DNA from: Methanothermobacter thermautotrophicus str. Delta H
Lineage (GTDB): Archaea; Methanobacteriota; Methanobacteria; Methanobacteriales; Methanothermobacteraceae
Direction of reading: 5' to 3'
Assembly: GCF_000008645.1 (NCBI RefSeq)
Contig: NC_000916.1
Span: forward strand, 690,001-722,000
Length of the DNA: 32,000 nucleotides
Numbering within the stretch: the stretch's first letter is position 1; the number at the start of each line of letters is the position of its first letter. Under the pieces are notes generated by a model, which had not been told where the DNA came from, ran no database searches, and worked only from the letters and a program-made list of their open reading frames with translations. Shown piece after piece: positions 1-9,123 of the stretch. Made by a program: the position numbers and the translations under genes.

Positions 1-200
1 CTATCAGAGATGTAGCCCGAGAGAAACCTCACAAGGTATCCAGATAGCTCCCCGAAACCGGCTGCAAATCCAACCATGAATGCGCTTGCACCCAGAAAAG
101 CCAGAAATGGACCCGTTATCCCCCTACCACCCTCATAGGTCATATCAGCGAAGAGGCTCACGATTCCGAGGATTACAATGAATACCGTTGATTTCCTCAT
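1..200 (-). CDS. MFS-family transporter, N-terminal fragment (gene runs off the left edge of the window)
   Basis: Absent from the ORF track because it is truncated. Reverse translation from the ATG at 200..198 gives MRKSTVFIVILGIVSLFADMTYEGGRGITGPFLAFLGASAFMVGFAAGFGELSGYLVRFLSGYISD. This has two hydrophobic helices and the FADMTYEG-R-ITGP motif I recognise from a widespread MFS subfamily. GGGAG lies about 12 nt upstream. Confidence 0.7.
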   Translation of the reverse strand, partial: MRKSTVFIVILGIVSLFADMTYEGGRGITGPFLAFLGASAFMVGFAAGFGELSGYLVRFLSGYISD

Positions 201-246
201 GATGGTACTCCCTTCAACAAGATTTCCTCAGCATGCGAGCAGTGTT

Positions 247-1017
247 TCACCATCCATGAATACTGGCCAGCATGTAAATTGCCCTGTAGGTGTACTCCGG
301 TTCAGATATCCCCATATAGACGGACCTCCTGAAACCACCATCGGGATTCCTTATTTTCATTATAAACCGTGTGACATCACTCACCTTACCCCTCAGGATC
401 TCATTGATGCGGAACCCCGAATGGACGGTTTCAATGTATGGTGGATATGATATGGGTGTGAAGTTCCAGGCACCATCCGAGAAGCAGGAGTCTGTGAACT
501 GAAGGACCTCATCGCCCGGAATCTTCATGCCATGGCCGTTGAGTATCTCAAGGGCAAAGCGGGTGTTGATTATATCTGAACCATAGGCACCGAATCCCCC
601 ATCCTCATTCTGAATTGAGAGGACCCATTCCGGTATTTCATCAAGGTATTCCCCATGCATCCTGAGGACGGAGTCCATGTAGAAGGTTATCTCAAGGCTT
701 GATTTCCTGTATGATGTCCTCAGCATCTCAGTGAATTTCTCAGGTATTTCAAAGTTCCTGCCATAATCCCTGAGGATACTGCACCTGTAGAAGAGTCCCT
801 GGGCAGCGAAGGTCCCTCCCCTGTGGACATCCTCGAGCCAGTCCAGGGTCTCCTCAAGCCGGGGCGGCTCATGGTCAAGGACCTCGAAGGACCTGATGGC
901 ATAGTAGGTGTTCTTTGAATCTGGCAGTCCCTCATAGAGTGTGTAACCGCCGCTGGAATGTCTCCTTTTATTGAGAAAACTTATGACCGAATTTTTCAGT
1001 GCTGGGGGATCAAACAT
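247..1017 (-). CDS. Prenyltransferase/squalene-oxidase repeat (alpha-alpha toroid) protein, function unknown
   Basis: 256-aa ORF with an ATG start preceded by GGGAGGT. It has four spaced repeats of the type GGY/DGGFG/DGAW/DGGFR, each followed by aromatic-rich helices (SSGGYTLYEG, NEDGGFGAYG, FSDGAWNF, NPDGGFRRS). This is typical of the terpene cyclase / protein prenyltransferase beta-subunit repeat. Confidence 0.7.
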   Translation of the reverse strand: MFDPPALKNSVISFLNKRRHSSGGYTLYEGLPDSKNTYYAIRSFEVLDHEPPRLEETLDWLEDVHRGGTFAAQGLFYRCSILRDYGRNFEIPEKFTEMLRTSYRKSSLEITFYMDSVLRMHGEYLDEIPEWVLSIQNEDGGFGAYGSDIINTRFALEILNGHGMKIPGDEVLQFTDSCFSDGAWNFTPISYPPYIETVHSGFRINEILRGKVSDVTRFIMKIRNPDGGFRRSVYMGISEPEYTYRAIYMLASIHGW

Positions 1018-1107
1018 TCATAACCTCCCTCTCAGGGCACACAAATATATATGGATTCCAGTTTAATATAATAAACCTAACATTTATCATTTAAATAAAT
1101 CGTTTCT
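1018..1107. promoter_or_regulatory. AT-rich divergent promoter region between 247..1017 (-) and 1108..3297 (+)
   Basis: Several archaeal TATA-like boxes are present: AAATATATAT, TTTAATATAATAAA, and TTTAAATAAAT at about 1091-1101. The last box lies about 25-30 nt before the ATGs at 1108/1120. Confidence 0.45.
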
Positions 1108-3297
1108 ATGAGGAATACCATGATTCAGTCATGTAATGAATGTAAGGGTAAAGGTTACCGTGTTAAGAGTTACAAGATATGCAGCGCATGCCATGGAACA
1201 GGTTTCAGATCAACAGAGGATATAAAGGATCATTTCAAGGGTGTTTCAAACAGTGCAAGGCAGAGGTTCGACCTCGAGGACTCCCATGAGGTCCCCTGTG
1301 AGGTATGCAGGGGTAAGGGTGAGGTGGAGGTGAGGGAAACCTGCCCCACCTGTGGCGGTAAGGGTGAGGTTAACATCTGCCCATCATGTGGAAGGATGAT
1401 GAAGGGTAGGGATGAGTACTGCCCGGAATGTCAGAAGAAGGAGAAGGTCTACATCCTCCACCCTGCATGCACAATGGACGACCTCGAGGTTGGAAGCATA
1501 TACCGTGGGAAGATAACCAGGGTTGAAAAATATGGGGTCTTTGTGAGCCTCAACAGCCACGTCTGGGGACTCATGAGGGGATTGTTCCCAGACTACAAGG
1601 TGGGGGATGAACTATTCGTCAGGGTATCCCAGGTGAAACCCTACAAGGGCGAGGTGGACATGATCCCGGCCAGTATAAAGGGGCCCTACGAGGTTATCAA
1701 GTTAAAGAAGGACCTGCCAAGGACGAGGATAGCAGACATAGATACAAAGAGCCTTGGTAAAACCGTGCGGATAGTGGGGGAGGTCATTCAGATCCAGCAG
1801 ACATCCGGTCCAACCATATTCACGGTATCCGATGAAACCGGGACCACATGGGCTGCGGCCTTCGATGAGCCAGGTATAAGGGTCTACCCCCACATACAGA
1901 TCGGCCACATAGTTGAGGTTATAGGAGAGGTTAACCAGCACACAGGAAAGATTCAGATCGAATCCGAGTCAATTGAACGCCTCATAGGTAATGAAGCTGC
2001 GGAAGCCAGGCGGCTCATCGATGAGGCCATAGACAGGAGGGCTGAACCAGAAAGAAAGGACCTCTTAATTGAAAGCGAAACCCTGGAAAAATTAAGACCA
2101 AAACTTGTGGAGGCGGCCAAGGCAATAAGGAGGGCCGTCTATGATGGAAGATCCATCCTTGTGAGGCACCATGCAGACGCTGATGGTATCTGTGCCGGTG
2201 TTGCCATTGAAAAGGCTGTTTTACCCCTCCTCCGTGACCTCAACCCCAGCACAGATGCTGAGTGGCACTACTTCAAGAGGGCCCCCAGCAAGGCACCCTT
2301 CTATGAACTCGAGGACGTTGTGAAGGACCTCTCATATGCCCTGGAGGACCTCGAGAGGCACGGGCAGAAACTGCCGCTCCTTGTACTGCTTGATAACGGG
2401 TCGACAGAGGAGGATATACTTGCCCTCATGAAGGCCAAGATATATGACATTGAAATCGTGGTTGTGGACCACCACTACCCTGGCGAGGTCCAGGATGGAC
2501 GTGTTGAGGTTGATGAATATGTTGACACCCACGTGAATCCATACCTGGTCGGTGGCGACTCCCAGATAACTGCGGGGTCGCTGTCAGTGGAGATAGCCAA
2601 GATGATAAACCCTGAAATTGCAGAGAGGATTCTCCATCTCCCTGGTATCGCTGCGGTTGGTGACCATGCGAACTCCCCTGAGGCCGAGGCCTACATTGAA
2701 CTTGCAGCAGAGCGCGGCTATGAAAGGGAGGACCTTGAAAGGATCGCCGCATGTATAGACTTCGAGGCCTTCTACCTCAGGTTCATGAACGGGAGGGGCA
2801 TCATCGACACCATACTTGGGCTTGGAAGTCTTGATAAACACAAGAAACTGGTTGATGCGCTCTACAGGGAATACGAGAGGAAGGTTGACACCCAGCTCAG
2901 GGCAGCCATACCCAACCTCAAATCCACAAGGCTGCCCAACGGGATACTCTTCAATGTCCTGGATGTTGAGAAGTACTCACACCGCTTCACATTCCCTGCC
3001 CCGGGGAAGACCTGTGGATTCGTCCATGATTACATGGTCCAGAAGCATGGTGAGGACACACCCATAATCACCCTGGCCTACGGACCTGACTTCGGTGTTA
3101 TAAGGGCCACTGATGCTGTCAATGAGAAATTTGGATTTAACCTCAACGAGATAGTCTGGGAACTCGCAGAGGAGATCCCAGAGGCAGTGATAGATGGTGG
3201 TGGCCATGAATGTGCCGGTTCACTCAAGTATATTGAGGGACTCTCAAAGAAGGTGCTATCAGCCTTTGCAGAGAAGGTTGCAGCCCTTAAGGGGTGA
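1108..3297 (+). CDS. Archaea-specific RecJ-like DHH nuclease with N-terminal DnaJ-type zinc fingers, S1 and OB-fold domains (COG1107-type architecture)
   Basis: 729-aa ORF. It has four CxxCxGxG repeats (CNECKGKG, CSACHGTG, CEVCRGKG, CPTCGGKG) plus a CPSC...CPEC ribbon. An S1-like segment (GSIYRGKITRVEKYGVFVSL) and an OB-like segment (VRIVGEVIQIQQTSGPTIFTVSDETG) follow. DHH motifs are HHADADGICAG, DNG and VVDHH, and the DHHA1 motif is GGGHECAGS. The true start may be the ATG at 1120 (MIQSCNEC), which has GAGGA 7 nt upstream. Confidence 0.85.
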   Translation: MRNTMIQSCNECKGKGYRVKSYKICSACHGTGFRSTEDIKDHFKGVSNSARQRFDLEDSHEVPCEVCRGKGEVEVRETCPTCGGKGEVNICPSCGRMMKGRDEYCPECQKKEKVYILHPACTMDDLEVGSIYRGKITRVEKYGVFVSLNSHVWGLMRGLFPDYKVGDELFVRVSQVKPYKGEVDMIPASIKGPYEVIKLKKDLPRTRIADIDTKSLGKTVRIVGEVIQIQQTSGPTIFTVSDETGTTWAAAFDEPGIRVYPHIQIGHIVEVIGEVNQHTGKIQIESESIERLIGNEAAEARRLIDEAIDRRAEPERKDLLIESETLEKLRPKLVEAAKAIRRAVYDGRSILVRHHADADGICAGVAIEKAVLPLLRDLNPSTDAEWHYFKRAPSKAPFYELEDVVKDLSYALEDLERHGQKLPLLVLLDNGSTEEDILALMKAKIYDIEIVVVDHHYPGEVQDGRVEVDEYVDTHVNPYLVGGDSQITAGSLSVEIAKMINPEIAERILHLPGIAAVGDHANSPEAEAYIELAAERGYEREDLERIAACIDFEAFYLRFMNGRGIIDTILGLGSLDKHKKLVDALYREYERKVDTQLRAAIPNLKSTRLPNGILFNVLDVEKYSHRFTFPAPGKTCGFVHDYMVQKHGEDTPIITLAYGPDFGVIRATDAVNEKFGFNLNEIVWELAEEIPEAVIDGGGHECAGSLKYIEGLSKKVLSAFAEKVAALKG

Positions 3298-3370
3298 TCC
3301 CTCTGACCACTAAATAAGATTGAAACAGGGCATGGAGCCATGAGTGGCGTTAAATTTTCTGGAGCATGGC

Positions 3371-4117
3371 CTAAACTTTCTTTTTGCCCTCTTCCTTAAT
3401 CCTGAAGTAATAGTCGCAGTGATCTGCTATGGGGCACTCCTCATGGCGTGGACCCAGAGGCCTGCATATGTCCTGGCCGAACTGTACCATGAGGTCATTG
3501 AGCTCTATCCAGTATTCCCTGGGAATCACCTTCATCAGTGCCCTCTCGGTCTCCTCGGGGGTCCTGGTATCCACAAGTCCTATCCTGTTGGATATCCTAT
3601 GGACATGGGTATCCACCGGTATGGCTGGCCTGCCAAAGGCATAGACCAGGACACAGTTGGCTGTCTTTCTGCCCACCCCGGGGAGTTTCAGGAGCTCGTT
3701 GATGTCATCCGGCACCTTACCATCATATTCCTCGAGGATTATCCTGGAAACCTCCCTCACCCTCCTGGCCTTCACATGATAGAAGCCTGCCTTCCTGATG
3801 AGGGCTTCGATTTCCTCGAGGGGTGCATAGGCCACATCCTCAATGGAGGGGTACCTCTCAAAGAGACTGGCTGTGGCCTCATCGGTGTTCTCATCCCTTG
3901 TCCTCTGTGACAGGATGGTCCTTATAAGTACGCGGTAGGGGTCACGGTCCTCAAAGACCCTCATGGAGTATACACTCCTCAGACCCCCAATTATGGCATC
4001 AATATCCTTGATGAGATCACCAGAAAAAAGTTTATCCTGAGAAAAAAAGATGAAATCAGTTGAGCTTTTCAAGTAGAACTTCAAGGCCCTCCATGAGCCC
4101 ACTGCCCTCCGTTGCAA
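3371..4117 (-). CDS. nth: Endonuclease III (HhH-GPD DNA glycosylase/AP lyase with a 4Fe-4S cluster loop)
   Basis: Motifs seen are ILSQRTRD, the helix-hairpin-helix [13 protein letters not shown], the catalytic-region [13 protein letters not shown], and the C-terminal Cys cluster [17 protein letters not shown]. The start is uncertain. Position 4117 is a TTG, other in-frame TTG/GTG codons lie at 4102, 4084 and 4072, and the first ATG is at 3964. All non-ATG options overlap the 3' end of the upstream GTPase gene. Confidence 0.85.
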
Positions 4118-4514
4118 CTGTAGGGAATACCTCCACTTCGGAGTCTATTTCCAGTTCAGAATCATCGAGGTCCTGTTTATTTGAGAATACAACGTAGGGT
4201 ATGTTTTTCTCATCAAGTTCAGCCATTATTTCCTTCTCCGCCAGGGTGACGCCCCTTGAGTTATCAACAACTATTATTGCAGCGTCAAGGCCGTTTGATA
4301 TTATCTCAAGCATGAACTTGAATCTCTCATGGCCGGGTGTTGCAAAGAGGTGTATCTTCTCACCATTAACAATGCAGTTACCATAATCAAGTGCAAGTGT
4401 TGTGCCCTTGTATTCAACCTTGGTTATCTTATCACAGAGCTGTTCAAGGGTTGTTGTTTTACCGGTATCATAATCTCCAAAGATTACAACCTTTGTCTCC
4501 TTGGCTTTCTTCAT
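4056..4514 (-). CDS. Small Ras-superfamily GTPase of the archaeal MglA-like / COG2229 type
   Basis: 152 aa. G1 is GDYDTGKT, G3 is the variant ATPGHERF (TxPG instead of DxxG, as in MglA-like proteins), and G4 is NKQD. An AT-rich TATA-like box (revcomp AATATATAAAAT, about 4569-4580) lies about 55 nt upstream. Confidence 0.8.
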
Positions 4515-4580
4515 ATAATCAACTCACAGTCATTCAGTTAGTCTAACATTTGAATATGGGTTAACCCTATTTTATATATT

Positions 4581-5840
4581 TTAGGATAAATTCATTCTGC
4601 AACCAATCTGCATCATCCTCTCTGGGAAATCAGGGAATGATACGCTGAAAACCTCTGCATCCCTTATAGTTATACCCTCCCTGAGGCCTATGAGTGTGAA
4701 GGCCATTGCAAGTCTGTGGTCACCATGGGACCAGACAGTCCCCCCGGAGGCACCTCCCTCTATGATCATCCCATCGGGAAGTTCGGTGACATCCACTCCA
4801 AGTCTTCTGAGTTCAGCAGCGCATGTGCTTATCCTGTCTGTTTCCTTGTACCTTGCATGTTCAACACCGCCTATCTCGGTCCGGCCAGTTGCAAGGGCCC
4901 CGAGGACAGCCACCGTTGGCAGGAGGTCGGGGGCGTCGTGGAGGTTGACGGAGACCCCAGAGAGCTCACCGGTGGAGGCTATCCTGACGTGGTCCTCCCC
5001 CCTCCTTACCTCGGCCCCCATATCACTGATTATGTCCAGTATGATGCGGTCTCCCTGCCTCGAATCCCTGAAGAGGTTTTCGATGAGGACATCCCCACCT
5101 GCAGCAGCCACCGCCCCTGCAAGGTAGGATGCTGATGAGTAGTCACCCTCAACCGTGTAGTCCAGTCCCCTGTAAACTGCTGGTTCAACCCGGAAGGTGC
5201 CTTCGGAGTAATCAACGGGGACAGAGAACCTCTCCATCACATCAACTGTCATGTCAACGTAGGGCCTTGAGATGAAGTCGCCCTCCACCATCACTTCAAC
5301 ACCCTCGGTGAGGGGTGCTGCGATGAGGATGGATGATATGAACTGTGAACTGACATCCCCCCTGATGGATGTACTGCCACCCCTTAAACCACCCCTTACG
5401 ATAATCGGTGGAAGTCCATTCATCCGTGATGACAGTGCCTCGACACCGAGGGGTCTCAGGGCATCAAGGAGTGGCTGCATTGGCCTTGTTCTGAGGGATT
5501 CGTCCCCTGTGAGTACCGTGTAGTTTTCTGCAAGGCCAGCCACAGAGGTCATGAGGCGGAGGGTTGTGCCAGAGTTCCCCAGATAGATAACGTCATCAGG
5601 GGTTTCAAGTTCCCCTCCGCTTCCATGCACGGTCCAGGCATCCCCCTCATCAACCCTTATGCCGAAGGCCCTGCAGGCGTTCAGGGACGAAAGGGTGTCC
5701 TCGGCTATGAGTGGGTCCCTGATCTCTGATACCCCCTCTGCCAGTGCTGCGATTATGACTGCCCGGTGGGTGTAGCTCTTCGATGGGGGTGCCTTAACGG
5801 TTCCTTCAAGGTTACCTGATTTTTCAACTGTGAGATCCAT
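4581..5840 (-). CDS. aroA: 3-phosphoshikimate 1-carboxyvinyltransferase (EPSP synthase)
   Basis: The 419-aa ORF reads as full-length EPSP synthase. Recognised segments are PPSKSYTHRAVIIAAL, LGNSGTTLRLM, the ATGRTEI region, and KETDRI...ELRRLG. Confidence 0.92.
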   Translation of the reverse strand: MDLTVEKSGNLEGTVKAPPSKSYTHRAVIIAALAEGVSEIRDPLIAEDTLSSLNACRAFGIRVDEGDAWTVHGSGGELETPDDVIYLGNSGTTLRLMTSVAGLAENYTVLTGDESLRTRPMQPLLDALRPLGVEALSSRMNGLPPIIVRGGLRGGSTSIRGDVSSQFISSILIAAPLTEGVEVMVEGDFISRPYVDMTVDVMERFSVPVDYSEGTFRVEPAVYRGLDYTVEGDYSSASYLAGAVAAAGGDVLIENLFRDSRQGDRIILDIISDMGAEVRRGEDHVRIASTGELSGVSVNLHDAPDLLPTVAVLGALATGRTEIGGVEHARYKETDRISTCAAELRRLGVDVTELPDGMIIEGGASGGTVWSHGDHRLAMAFTLIGLREGITIRDAEVFSVSFPDFPERMMQIGCRMNLS

Positions 5841-5869
5841 AAAAACACCTGCAGATACCTCCAGATGGA

Positions 5870-8503
5870 TCAGCGCACTATTTCAATTATGACCTCTGGT
5901 TCGTCCAGGTTTAGAACATCTACCCTCTCGCCTGCTGTTCCGATGACCTCCTTCCTGAAGCTGATATGATCCATGGTGAGTCTGTTACCCTCGACCTCGA
6001 TTTCACCGTTCCTCTGGATCTCCTCGTAGACCTCATGGGGATCAGCACCTGTGAGCCAGGATATTATAGCTGGGGCATCTGATCTGAACTCAGGACCTAT
6101 TTTTTCCATCCTTGGCTCAAGTTCCACGGCCCTCTCGGTTATCTCGGGTTTGCCAGCCACGAGGCTGATATCACCTATGTTCATTGTACCTGCGATATCG
6201 TCCAGGAAGGGTTTTATCATTTCTGCGGATTCATTATCGGTGTAGATGGTGGCTGCTTTGAGTGGTGCGTTCAGGGGCATCTTGGAGGAGGACTTGAACC
6301 TCCTGATCTCTCCTATAATTTCAACTGCAAGGTCTCCGCTCCTCTCGATTTCAGGGTCAACGATTTCAGGTATGTGCTCTGGCCAGCCCCTCAGGTGTAT
6401 GGATCCCTCTCCCACGTGCTGGTGCACCTCCTCTGTGAAGTGGGGTGCCACCGGGGCCAGGAGCCTCAGACATGTGTCAAGTACCATTCTGAGGGTGTTC
6501 TGGGCCGCCATCCTTGATTCGGGATCCTCATCTGAGTAGAGCCTGTATTTCACTGCCTCAATGTATTCGTCGCAAAAGTCATGCCAGATGAAGGTCTGGA
6601 CACGGTTAACCGCTGCTGCGAAGTTGTAATCATCCAGGCTCTCTGTTACCTCAGCCACCAGGTTCATGAGCCTGGAGAGTATCCAGCGGTCCATGGGTCT
6701 GGCTTCAACCTCCGGGTTCTCTGTGAGGTGTATGCTTATGAATCTGAAGGCGTTCCAGAATTTTCTCAGGAACTTATACCCATACTTCACGTCCTTCCAT
6801 GCGAAGGGGACATCTGATCCCGGCACGCTCCCTGCCGCCCATAACCTCAGGGCATCGGCACCGTAATCCTCCAGGACCTCCTCTGGTGCTATTACGTTTC
6901 CACGGGACTTGCTCATCTTGTGGCCGTCCTCTCCGAATACCATACCATTTATAACTATTTCACTGAATGGTTTCTCGCCTGTGAGGGCCATGCATCTGAG
7001 TATCGTGTAGAAGGCCCAGGTACGGATTATGTCATGGCCCTGCGGTCTCAGGTCGGCTGGGAAGAGTTCCCTGTAGGACTCATCGGGCCATCCTGCAACT
7101 GAGAGGGGTGATATCGAGCTGTCCATCCATGTGTCAAGGACGTCCTCCTCTCCTATGAATTCTGTACTCCCGCATTCACATGTTATCCCGGGTCCATCCC
7201 TTGTGGGGTCTACTGGCAGCATCTCCTCATCGGCCACGTGGACCCTGCCACATTCACTGCAGTACCAGACGGGTATGGGTGTTGCGAATATCCTCTGACG
7301 TGATATGCACCAGTCCCAGTCCATTGAACCTGTCCAGTTGAGGAGCCTTGTCTTCATATGCCCTGGTACCCATTTCATCTCCTCTGCAGCTTCCCTAACC
7401 TGGGGTATGAGTTTCTTGACAGCCACGAACCACTGCTTCTTGACAAGGATCTCGATGGGTGTCTTGCACCTCCAGCATGTCCCAACGTTCTGTCTGACAG
7501 GCTCCTTCTTTAAGAGGAAGCCTTCATTCTCAAGGTCCTCCACTATCTTCTCCTTGCACTCTGCTATGGTAAGCCCCTGGTATTTACCTGCGGCCTCTGT
7601 CATGTAACCCCTTTCGTCTATTGCATCTATCACGTCAAGTCCATGGCGGTTGACCCAGCTCACGTCGGTTTTATCACCGAATGTGCACACCATAACTGCC
7701 CCTGTACCGAATTCAGGGTCCACTTCAGGGTCCTTTATGAGTTTAACCTTCTGTCCAAAGAGGGGCACCTCTATGAGTTTGTCCTCAAATTCCCTGAACC
7801 GCTCATCATCGGGGTGCACAACAACGGCCACACAGGCAGCCATGAGTTCTGGCCTTGTTGTTGCTATTGTGATGTGCTCATCTGCACCCTCAACAGGGAA
7901 CCTGACGTAGTTGAGGTTTGTCTCATTCTCAATGTATTCAACCTCTGCGAAGGCTATTGCAGTCTCACACCTCGGGCACCAGTTCACCGGGTGCACACCC
8001 TGGTATATGAGTCCATCCCTGTACATGCGGAGGAATGATAGCTGCGTCCTCCTCATGTACTCGGGGGTCATGGTTACAAATTCATGGTTCCAGTCCTGGC
8101 TGAAGCCAAGGCGCTGCATCTGCTCCTTCATCATCCTTATATTTTCCTGTGTGAGCTCCACGCAGAGGCGCCTGAATTCTTCACGTGAAACATCGCTCTT
8201 CTTGATGTTATGGGTCTCCTCGACCTTAACCTCCGTTGGGAGGCCGTGGCAGTCCCATCCCTGTGGGAAGAGAACATCGAAACCTCTCATCCTCTTGAAA
8301 CGGGCTATTATGTCCATGTAGACCCAGTTGAGCACGTGGCCCATGTGTATTGAACCTGTGGGGTAGGGTGGTGGTGTGTCTATAATGTACCTTGGCTTTG
8401 TCCCTGACCCTATGAAGCGGTATATGTCCTCTTCCTGCCATTTTTTCTGCCATTTAACCTCGTTTTTATGGTTGTAATCCTTCGGGATCTGATTATCGGT
8501 CAT
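5870..8503 (-). CDS. valS: Valyl-tRNA synthetase (class I, archaeal type)
   Basis: It has the HIGH-type motif [16 protein letters not shown], the KMSKS motif, an editing-domain insertion, and a size of about 880 aa typical of ValRS. The track ORF extends to 8563, but the first 20 codons ([20 protein letters not shown]) look like translated AT-rich leader. The ATG at 8503 ([10 protein letters not shown]) is preceded by GGGAGAG. Confidence 0.9.
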   Translation of the reverse strand: MTDNQIPKDYNHKNEVKWQKKWQEEDIYRFIGSGTKPRYIIDTPPPYPTGSIHMGHVLNWVYMDIIARFKRMRGFDVLFPQGWDCHGLPTEVKVEETHNIKKSDVSREEFRRLCVELTQENIRMMKEQMQRLGFSQDWNHEFVTMTPEYMRRTQLSFLRMYRDGLIYQGVHPVNWCPRCETAIAFAEVEYIENETNLNYVRFPVEGADEHITIATTRPELMAACVAVVVHPDDERFREFEDKLIEVPLFGQKVKLIKDPEVDPEFGTGAVMVCTFGDKTDVSWVNRHGLDVIDAIDERGYMTEAAGKYQGLTIAECKEKIVEDLENEGFLLKKEPVRQNVGTCWRCKTPIEILVKKQWFVAVKKLIPQVREAAEEMKWVPGHMKTRLLNWTGSMDWDWCISRQRIFATPIPVWYCSECGRVHVADEEMLPVDPTRDGPGITCECGSTEFIGEEDVLDTWMDSSISPLSVAGWPDESYRELFPADLRPQGHDIIRTWAFYTILRCMALTGEKPFSEIVINGMVFGEDGHKMSKSRGNVIAPEEVLEDYGADALRLWAAGSVPGSDVPFAWKDVKYGYKFLRKFWNAFRFISIHLTENPEVEARPMDRWILSRLMNLVAEVTESLDDYNFAAAVNRVQTFIWHDFCDEYIEAVKYRLYSDEDPESRMAAQNTLRMVLDTCLRLLAPVAPHFTEEVHQHVGEGSIHLRGWPEHIPEIVDPEIERSGDLAVEIIGEIRRFKSSSKMPLNAPLKAATIYTDNESAEMIKPFLDDIAGTMNIGDISLVAGKPEITERAVELEPRMEKIGPEFRSDAPAIISWLTGADPHEVYEEIQRNGEIEVEGNRLTMDHISFRKEVIGTAGERVDVLNLDEPEVIIEIVR

Positions 8504-8571
8504 CTTATTCTCTCCCTGATAGAAGCTGTGATTAGTGCTGCGGTAGTTATAGATAATATTCACTACCCAAT

Positions 8572-8581
8572 CTTTATAAAG
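8572..8581. promoter_or_regulatory. Perfectly palindromic TATA-like element CTTTATAAAG in the valS / small-ORF divergent intergenic region
   Basis: This 10-nt self-complementary TATA-like sequence lies about 65 nt upstream of the ATG at 8647 (+) and about 70 nt upstream of the valS ATG at 8503 (-). Confidence 0.35.
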
Positions 8582-8646
8582 ATGTTTGAATACTCTAACC
8601 TTGTAGGAGAAATAAGGGGAAGCAAGTTCTCATATGGTGAATACCG

Positions 8647-8901
8647 ATGGAGTTAATCTGGTTCTACATAGCACTTTTCCTTGCAATAAGTGATGAGATA
8701 CATACAAAGATACTCTGGAATGTGTTCTTTGACTTTTACATACTCCTGGCCGGGATTCTCAAGGAGACATTCTCATCGAATATACAGCTCTGGCTGGTCC
8801 ACGAGTGTCTGGAGGCCCTTTTCCACTTCGTGATCCTGTCGGTCGTGTTTTTATCCCTCGAAATCGGGGTTCCTTGCAGCCACAATACACCTGGTTGTTG
8901 A
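8647..8901 (+). CDS. Small hydrophobic His-rich protein, apparently split by a 1-nt frameshift (reading continues in the next frame to 9007)
   Basis: The ATG at 8647 has GGTGA 6 nt upstream. The 84-aa product has hydrophobic helices. The +1 frame is open from 8832 to 9007 and encodes further helix-like sequence ([45 protein letters not shown]). See findings. Confidence 0.4.
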   Translation: MELIWFYIALFLAISDEIHTKILWNVFFDFYILLAGILKETFSSNIQLWLVHECLEALFHFVILSVVFLSLEIGVPCSHNTPGC

Positions 8902-9123
8902 TCTGTACCACCAGCTGAGCGGGGTTGATCATGGATGGCTGTACCACAGGGCGCTTCACTTCACGGTTGAATCCCTCTTCTTTATAATGATCTTCTCAGC
9001 AGCCTGAATCTATCATGAACTGAAAAAGACACCATCTACGAGCTGATACGTGATATAGGTGTTACAGGCATGAAAAATAAAAGTAAAGGAAGGTCCATCT
9101 GAAGTCCCTTGATACCCTTTTAA

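Noticed and set aside
178-450. 90-aa plus-strand ORF
   Set aside because: It spans the MFS start, the intergenic gap and the 3' end of the prenyltransferase-repeat gene on the opposite strand. It has no signals and is a shadow ORF.
3344-3910. 188-aa ORF on the plus strand
   Set aside because: It is entirely antisense to the well-supported endonuclease III gene. Its composition is Pro/Gly/His/Leu-rich with no motifs, typical of a shadow ORF on the opposite strand of a GC-biased coding region.
8504-8563. 20-codon N-terminal extension of valS
   Set aside because: It translates to the Asn/Tyr/Ile-rich [20 protein letters not shown], typical of an AT-rich leader. The ATG at 8503 has an SD-like GGGAGAG upstream.
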